From SAR86 cluster bacterium (GTDB lineage: Bacteria; Pseudomonadota; Gammaproteobacteria; Magnimaribacterales; Magnimaribacteraceae), in the NCBI GenBank assembly GCA_023703575.1, contig CP097969.1, positions 651,517 to 715,516 on the forward strand: a DNA stretch of 64,000 nucleotides. Direction: 5' to 3'. Below are positions 56,044-62,091 of this stretch, piece by piece. Under the pieces are notes generated by a model. That model was not told where the DNA came from, ran no database searches, and was given only the letters and a program-made list of their open reading frames with translations. Positions within the stretch are counted from its first letter, which is position 1; each line of letters opens with the position of its first letter. The translations under genes were made by a program, and so were the position numbers.

Positions 56044-56463
56044 ATGAATTCAAAGAAGGGGATAACTTTTGGTGCATTTGATTTATTTCATGCAGGTCAC
56101 ATTCTCATGCTTCAAGAAGCTAGAACCGTATGTGACTATTTGATTGTTTGTATACAAACCGATCCAAGCATTGACAGAAAATCTAAAAATGCTCCAGTTC
56201 AGTCAATAGTAGAAAGACAAATTCAGGTTACAGCTTGTAAATATGTTGATGAAGTTCTTATTTATGACACTGAATCAGATTTGCTAGAAATTCTAGACAC
56301 TGTTGAATGGGATGTCAGAATCTTAGGTGATGAATACCAGGATAAAGACTTTACAGGTCGAGAAAAGTACCTTGAAAAATGCTATTTCAATAAGCGACCT
56401 CATACCTTTTCCAGTTCTGAATTGAGAAAAAGGGTAGCTGACAAGCAATCTAGTTCAGACTAA
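56044..56463 (+). CDS. HxGH-type nucleotidyl/cytidylyltransferase (TagD / RfaE-domain-II / CCT-like)
   Basis: 139 aa with GAFDLFHAGH and a C-terminal SSSELRKR (RTxGISTT-like) region. Confidence 0.7.
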   Translation: MNSKKGITFGAFDLFHAGHILMLQEARTVCDYLIVCIQTDPSIDRKSKNAPVQSIVERQIQVTACKYVDEVLIYDTESDLLEILDTVEWDVRILGDEYQDKDFTGREKYLEKCYFNKRPHTFSSSELRKRVADKQSSSD

Positions 56464-56517
56464 GTCACAAAGCTTTCATTTATAATTAACAGACCTGACA
56501 CTTTGTGACATTATAAT
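56463..56517. promoter_or_regulatory. Pho-box-like repeats and -10 elements upstream of phoB
   Basis: AGTCA (56463) and TTTCA (56474) are 11 bp apart. TGACA (56496) and TGACA (56506) are 10 bp apart; on the minus strand they read ATGTCAC-AAAG-TGTCAG. TATAAT occurs at 56481-56486 and at 56512-56517. Confidence 0.45.
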
Positions 56518-56523
56518 AGGTCT

Positions 56524-57210
56524 ATGGCAAAACACATTTTAGTTGTAGAAGACGAACCTGATCTAAGAACAACCCTTGAATTTAATTTAAAATCTGAAGG
56601 ATATAAAGTTAAATCTGCTGCGGATGGCGAAGCCGCAATTAAAGAAATTGGAAAAAAAGTACCTGATCTTGTGCTTCTTGATTTAATGCTACCTGATATG
56701 TCGGGACTTGAAATTTGTAAAAAAATTAGAAATGAGTCTTTTAGTGACCAAGTATCTATCATCATGTTGACTGCAAAGGGAGAAGAAGTAGATAGAGTTG
56801 TGGGATTTGAACTAGGTGCTGATGACTACGTAGTTAAACCTTTCAGTGTTAGAGAGCTTATGTTGCGAATTTCATCTATCCTAAAAAGAGGATCAGAGAC
56901 AAATACTAATAAAGAACAAATTTCTATTGGTGATGTTGAAATTAATTTAGCGTCACATAGGGTTTTTATAAGTGGTCTCGAAATTGAACTTACTGCAAAA
57001 GAATTTGAATTACTTAAATATCTGGCGGAACGCAATGGAAGAATTCAAACAAGAGAAGTATTACTGGAACAAGTGTGGGATTATAACAATTCAGTAACTA
57101 CCAGAACTGTGGATACTCATATCAAAAGACTTAGATCTAAAATCGGTGATGTGGGATCAAAAATAGAAACCGTCAGAGGTGTAGGTTACCGCTTTAATTA
57201 CGTCGTATAA
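56524..57210 (+). CDS. phoB: Phosphate regulon response regulator PhoB (OmpR family)
   Basis: 228 aa. ILVVEDE, DLVLLDLMLPD.SG, LTAKGEE.DRV.G.E.GADDY..KPFS..EL and a winged-helix C-terminus. Co-linear with E. coli PhoB and followed by a PhoR-type kinase. Confidence 0.85.
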   Translation: MAKHILVVEDEPDLRTTLEFNLKSEGYKVKSAADGEAAIKEIGKKVPDLVLLDLMLPDMSGLEICKKIRNESFSDQVSIIMLTAKGEEVDRVVGFELGADDYVVKPFSVRELMLRISSILKRGSETNTNKEQISIGDVEINLASHRVFISGLEIELTAKEFELLKYLAERNGRIQTREVLLEQVWDYNNSVTTRTVDTHIKRLRSKIGDVGSKIETVRGVGYRFNYVV

Positions 57211-57217
57211 TCTATGA

Positions 57218-58951
57218 ATGGATATTAGATGGAGGATCTTCTGGTCTACTTTTTTGCTTACATCGATGACTGTTCTCAGTCTAGGATATTTACTCTTAGA
57301 AAGAACAGGTGATTATTTATTAGAACAATTAGACTCGGAGCTAACTTCTGAAGCAAAAGGTGCGATTTTTATACTCTCTAATCCAGATTATAAAATTTCC
57401 AGTTACCAAACACTTTCACGACAACTCTCAGATTCATATGGTTTTAGAGTTTCTCTCATTAAATCAAATGGAGAAGTGGTAGGCGATTCAGATGTCGAAG
57501 ATGAAGACCTTAGGAAACTGGACAATCATTACAATAGACCTGAAATTCAGGCAGCTATTATTAATAATATTGGTAAAGCGACTCGTTACAGTAATACCTT
57601 AAAAACAGATATGAGGTATCTTGCTTTAGCATCAAATAAAGCAGGAGACATAAACTTTGTTAGATTCGCCGTTCCTTTATCAGAAATAGATGCCACATTA
57701 CTTGTCCTGCAAAATTCTATATACGGTTTTTTATTTGTATCCCTATTAATTGCTGTGCTTTTAAGTTATTTATTGTCTAGATTTCTAACGCTTGAGTATA
57801 TTGAATTGATATCAAGTGCTAGAAAATTAGCAAAAACAAGTGGCATGAAGGGGTCGAAAAGAGCTGCAGTAGAGCAAATAAGTTCTAATTTGATTGAAAT
57901 CCAGGGAGCACTTAAGAACGAGTTTACTGCTATTGCCAATGAAAGAAACCAGTTTGGAAATGCACTTGAAGAAATGGGACAGGGTGTAATTTCGATTAAT
58001 AAAAATGGAATAATAGAATTAACCAACCCAGCTGCCAGTAAACTGTTAGGTCTAGATAAGCTATCTATAGGAGATTCCTTTATGGAAAAGGTCTCAATAT
58101 CTGGGTTACAAGACCTAATAAAGGAAACTACTTCTTCAGAACCCGGATTAGATGAGATAGAAATACACCATCCCTTTTATAGAGCTTTTATTGCAAGTGC
58201 CAGTTTCAATCCAGAAACGGAAGAGTCTTTACTCGTATTTTCAGATATTACTAGAATAAAAAAACTTGAATCTGCCAGAAGTGACTTTATAGGTAATGTC
58301 TCTCATGAACTTAGAACACCCATTTCGGTACTTTTAGCTTCTTCAGAGACTATTCTTAATACCGACATAAAAAAAGAAAAAGATCTAAAACAGTTTATTA
58401 AAGCTATACACCGAAATTCCGAAAGACTTAAAAATTTAGTTGATGATCTTCTGCACTTATCGCGTATAGAGGGTGGCAGTCTTAATATGACTATCGAGAA
58501 GATAAATCTTGATCACATAGTTGAATCAACTATATTAAATTTAGAACAAGAAGCACTAAAGAAAAGTATAAAAATTGAATCTCTGGTCGATAAAAGGATT
58601 GAAGTACTATCGGACTTTATTTCCTTGGATATTATCATCTCTAACTATTTAAATAATGCACTTGCTTATTCTCCAAATAATTCAAAAATCTTAATTACTG
58701 CAGAAGAGGTAGATAAAAAGATAAAGTTATCTGTTAAGGATGAGGGAGAGGGAATACCTGAAAATTATAAAGATAGAGTTTTTGAAAGATTTTTTAGAGT
58801 TGATAAAGGGAGGTCTCTGAACCAGGGTGGTACTGGGCTTGGGTTATCCATAGTCAAAAATTTAGCTTCAACTCTTTCTTGTACAGTTGGGGTAGAAAAT
58901 CTTGAGCCAAAAGGAGCAAGTTTTTGGATAGAGTTAAATAAATCAACTTAA
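57218..58951 (+). CDS. phoR: Phosphate regulon sensor histidine kinase PhoR-like
   Basis: 577 aa with two TM helices, a PAS-like region, the H-box FIGNVSHELRTP, and N/G boxes (GGTGLGLSIVK). Confidence 0.75.
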   Translation: MDIRWRIFWSTFLLTSMTVLSLGYLLLERTGDYLLEQLDSELTSEAKGAIFILSNPDYKISSYQTLSRQLSDSYGFRVSLIKSNGEVVGDSDVEDEDLRKLDNHYNRPEIQAAIINNIGKATRYSNTLKTDMRYLALASNKAGDINFVRFAVPLSEIDATLLVLQNSIYGFLFVSLLIAVLLSYLLSRFLTLEYIELISSARKLAKTSGMKGSKRAAVEQISSNLIEIQGALKNEFTAIANERNQFGNALEEMGQGVISINKNGIIELTNPAASKLLGLDKLSIGDSFMEKVSISGLQDLIKETTSSEPGLDEIEIHHPFYRAFIASASFNPETEESLLVFSDITRIKKLESARSDFIGNVSHELRTPISVLLASSETILNTDIKKEKDLKQFIKAIHRNSERLKNLVDDLLHLSRIEGGSLNMTIEKINLDHIVESTILNLEQEALKKSIKIESLVDKRIEVLSDFISLDIIISNYLNNALAYSPNNSKILITAEEVDKKIKLSVKDEGEGIPENYKDRVFERFFRVDKGRSLNQGGTGLGLSIVKNLASTLSCTVGVENLEPKGASFWIELNKST

Positions 58952-59833
58952 GTTTTCGTTAAGATATTCAAAGGCCAAGGCATCACAAATTCCCCAATCT
59001 ATAGCGAAAAGCTTATTTATATTTGAGTGCTCTAAAATATAAGAAAAAATATCTGAAGCGGGTACAATTACATCTGCTCTATCTTCCGCAAGACTATATT
59101 TATTTATTCGATCAACAATTGGCATTTTAGATAAATTTTTTCTGATTTCTTCAAATTCCTTAAGTTCTAAAGGACTATATTTTTGTATTTCAAGAATCTT
59201 AAAAATTCTCCTTATATTGCCACCGATACCCACTAAAGCGTCTGCATTATTTTCTTTAACTACATTCAAAAAGGATTTTAACTTTTCCCATTCTTTTATG
59301 CTGTCTTTACCCTTCATAATTCTCACAGCACCAAGATCAAATGATTCATAAAACTCTTCGGAGCTATTGCGCATATAAATTTCTGTACTGCCTCCTCCAA
59401 CATCAACATAGATAGGGTGATTCAGGTTTTCAATTTTTCTTGTATTGGCACCTTTAAGGTAATAGGCCTCTTGTTTACCGCTTAATATATTAACAGGTGT
59501 CTGACAGGCTTCTTCAATCTTGCTACATACTTCATTTCCATTTACCGCATTCCTAGTAGCCGATGTTGCGCATATTCCAGCCCACTCTATTTTCCTTTTT
59601 CGAACTTTATTAGTAAGATTTTTAAGTTCTTGAATAAGTCTTTCTTCTGATTCTTCTGAGATCCTATTTGTTTCAAATACATCTTGTCCAAGCCTAAGAT
59701 CAATTCTTTTAAAGGTATCTAACTCTAATGGGAAGAGATTCTTCGAGGTCCTAATCCTAAATTGCTTGAACTTAATTGCATTTGATCCAATATCAACGGC
59801 AGCAATTCGTTGGAAAATTTTCTTTGATTTCAA
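58943..59833 (-). CDS. Ppx/GppA-family phosphatase, short form (ASKHA domains only)
   Basis: 296 aa with AAVDIGSNAIKF and DVGGGSTE motifs. No C-terminal HD-like domain. The 3' end overlaps phoR by 9 nt. Confidence 0.65.
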   Translation of the reverse strand: MKSKKIFQRIAAVDIGSNAIKFKQFRIRTSKNLFPLELDTFKRIDLRLGQDVFETNRISEESEERLIQELKNLTNKVRKRKIEWAGICATSATRNAVNGNEVCSKIEEACQTPVNILSGKQEAYYLKGANTRKIENLNHPIYVDVGGGSTEIYMRNSSEEFYESFDLGAVRIMKGKDSIKEWEKLKSFLNVVKENNADALVGIGGNIRRIFKILEIQKYSPLELKEFEEIRKNLSKMPIVDRINKYSLAEDRADVIVPASDIFSYILEHSNINKLFAIDWGICDALAFEYLNENLS

Positions 59834-60669
59834 CTGGATTGATTTTGTATAAGTTTTTGTAACATTTTAAACTGCTGATATGTGAGCCCAGAAAACTCAA
59901 CACCTTTATATTCTAGTTTGTGGTTATTTATGCCTGCATCCCATGTTTTGGGTTTGCTAAGTTTTTTTCCTTCGTAGTCAATCTCATTTAAGAGATACCT
60001 TAAGGCTGTTAAGCGAGCGACCATTTTATTATTTGCATTAATCACTATCCAAGGACTTTGCTCATAAGATGTGTTTGAGAACATTTGTTCTTTAAAAAAA
60101 GAAAAAATCTCCCATTTATCTGCCATTCTTAAATCATTAGTACTTAGTTTCCAGAGTTTCAAAGGGTCAGTTTGTCTTTCGTTGAACCGTTTGCTTTGTT
60201 GTCTTTTTTCAATGGACAAATAGAACTTGATCAAAATAAGGTTGTCTTCAATATATGATTTTTCCCATCTTATGACTTTGTTCATAAAATGAGTGTATTG
60301 CCTTTTAGAGCAATAACCCATAGTTATCTCGACCGTGGCTCTTGTGTACCAAGATCTATCAAAAAAAACTATTTCGCCTTTTTTAGGCATATGTTTTTCA
60401 TAACGTTTAAACCATTTTTTTGATTCATTTTCAGTTGGTATTCCTAAATGCACATACCTAAAATGATCAGGAATCAGATGTTTGGCTAATAGATTGATTG
60501 TGTCAGTTTTCCCAGCGGCGTCCCTACCTTCAAAAACAACGGCTATTTTTTTCCCTTCTTTAATTGCCCAATTTTGAAGCTTAAGAAACTCAATTTGTAG
60601 ACTTCTTTTTTCTTTTCTATAAAGGTCGGGATTGAGTCTGTTGTATTCGGAAACGTCGTAGTTGATCAT
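59830..60669 (-). CDS. ppk2: Polyphosphate kinase 2 (PPK2) family protein
   Basis: 279 aa. Walker-A-like FEGRDAAGKT, FDRSWY and the lid region. Overlaps the ppx-like gene by 4 nt. Confidence 0.8.
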   Translation of the reverse strand: MINYDVSEYNRLNPDLYRKEKRSLQIEFLKLQNWAIKEGKKIAVVFEGRDAAGKTDTINLLAKHLIPDHFRYVHLGIPTENESKKWFKRYEKHMPKKGEIVFFDRSWYTRATVEITMGYCSKRQYTHFMNKVIRWEKSYIEDNLILIKFYLSIEKRQQSKRFNERQTDPLKLWKLSTNDLRMADKWEIFSFFKEQMFSNTSYEQSPWIVINANNKMVARLTALRYLLNEIDYEGKKLSKPKTWDAGINNHKLEYKGVEFSGLTYQQFKMLQKLIQNQSS

Positions 60670-60780
60670 AATAAAATTGTGTGAATATTAAAGTAGGGTA
60701 TGTAATAAATAAAGGTGATAAGTTATATTTCACATAATATAATTTGACACTAATAAATTTCTGGAGTGTGATGCCATAAA

Positions 60781-62010
60781 ATGATCATTGAATTCGCTCT
60801 TCCAATTTTAATTCTTACAGCGCTAGCCGGCTTGATAATGGCCTGGGGAATTGGTGCAAATGATGTTGCCAACGCCATGGGAACATCGGTAGGATCCGGC
60901 GCTATTACCCTTTCGACCGCTATCTTAATAGCGTGTATATTTGAATTCTCGGGAGCCTTTTTAGCTGGTGGAGAAGTAACCTCTACAGTTAGAAAAGGTA
61001 TTCTAGATCCCTTACTATTTCAAGATAATCCTGACCTGTTTGTATTTGGAATGATATCAGCACTGCTAGCTGCTGGAACATGGCTTGTGGTTGCTACCTA
61101 TTTTGGATGGCCTGTTTCAACTACCCACACCATAGTAGGAGGTATAGTTGGTTTTGGAATATTGGGATTATCATTTTCAGCAATAGATTGGGACACGATG
61201 TCAGATATAGCTTTAAGCTGGCTGCTCTCTCCCCTCATATCAGGGACTATATCTTTCTTCATATATCTATCTATAGACAAATTAATTTTAGGAAATAACA
61301 ACCCAATTCAAATGGCACAAAGATATGGCCCAATATATCTTTTCTTTGTTGCCTTTATTGTCAGTATGGTGACTTTTACCAAAGGTCTTAAGCATATTGG
61401 TCTAGGTTTAGATTACGTAGATAGCATAATCTATTCATTTATCTTTGGTTTATTTATAACTTTCTTAGGTTTTGTATTTTTATCAAGACTAAGAAATAGT
61501 TCTATAGATCAAATTTTCGGAATACTAATGGTATTCACAGCTTGCGTTATGGCGTTCGCCCACGGTTCTAATGATACAGCTAATGCGGTTGGGCCCGTAG
61601 CGGCAGTATTTTCAACTGTTATGAATGAAGGCGTATCTAAAGAAGCGGCAGTATCAGTTTGGCTTCTGCTTGGAGGCGGAATAGGGATAGTTCTTGGTTT
61701 GGCAATGTGGGGCTATAGAGTTATTCAAACTATAGGAAAAGAAATTACTAAACTAACCCCAACGAGCGGTTTTGCTGCAGAACTGGCAGCTGCTACTACG
61801 GTTGTTATCGCATCTGGTAATGCCATGCCCATTTCAACGACGCATACTTTAGTCGGAGCGGTGTTTGGTGTCGGCTTAGCGATGTCTGTTAAAGACCTAG
61901 ATTTCAAAGTAGTTGGCAAGATAGTAGCCTCTTGGTTGACTACCGTTCCAGCAGGAGCAATTCTCTCAATGATTTTTCTAACACTATTTAGGTACTTATT
62001 CCAGATCTAA
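60781..62010 (+). CDS. Inorganic phosphate transporter, PiT family
   Basis: 409 aa with duplicated PiT signatures GANDVANAMGTSVGSG and GSNDTANAVGP, and 10-12 helices. Confidence 0.9.
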   Translation: MIIEFALPILILTALAGLIMAWGIGANDVANAMGTSVGSGAITLSTAILIACIFEFSGAFLAGGEVTSTVRKGILDPLLFQDNPDLFVFGMISALLAAGTWLVVATYFGWPVSTTHTIVGGIVGFGILGLSFSAIDWDTMSDIALSWLLSPLISGTISFFIYLSIDKLILGNNNPIQMAQRYGPIYLFFVAFIVSMVTFTKGLKHIGLGLDYVDSIIYSFIFGLFITFLGFVFLSRLRNSSIDQIFGILMVFTACVMAFAHGSNDTANAVGPVAAVFSTVMNEGVSKEAAVSVWLLLGGGIGIVLGLAMWGYRVIQTIGKEITKLTPTSGFAAELAAATTVVIASGNAMPISTTHTLVGAVFGVGLAMSVKDLDFKVVGKIVASWLTTVPAGAILSMIFLTLFRYLFQI

Positions 62011-62022
62011 TCGTAACCAAAT

Positions 62023-62061
62023 TGTCACAAAGTGACAGCATAATTGTCACCAAGATTTCAG
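62023..62061. promoter_or_regulatory. Perfect palindrome plus Pho-box-like direct repeat upstream of the TonB-dependent receptor
   Basis: TGTCAC-AAA-GTGACA at 62023-62037, then TTGTCAC-CAAG-ATTTCAG at 62044-62061. TGTCA/TTTCA pentamers at 62023, 62045 and 62056 are spaced 22 and 11 bp. AT-rich -10 candidates follow. Confidence 0.45.
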
Positions 62062-62091
62062 AAAATATATATTAATATTATGGAGTAGTTT

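Noticed and set aside
60670-60780. Pho-box-like words (TTTCAC at 60728, TGACA at 60745, TGTGA at 60767) in the divergent ppk2/PiT intergenic region.
   Set aside because: The spacings are 17 and 22 bp and the words are degenerate. This is not convincing by eye, but it should be included in a formal motif scan.
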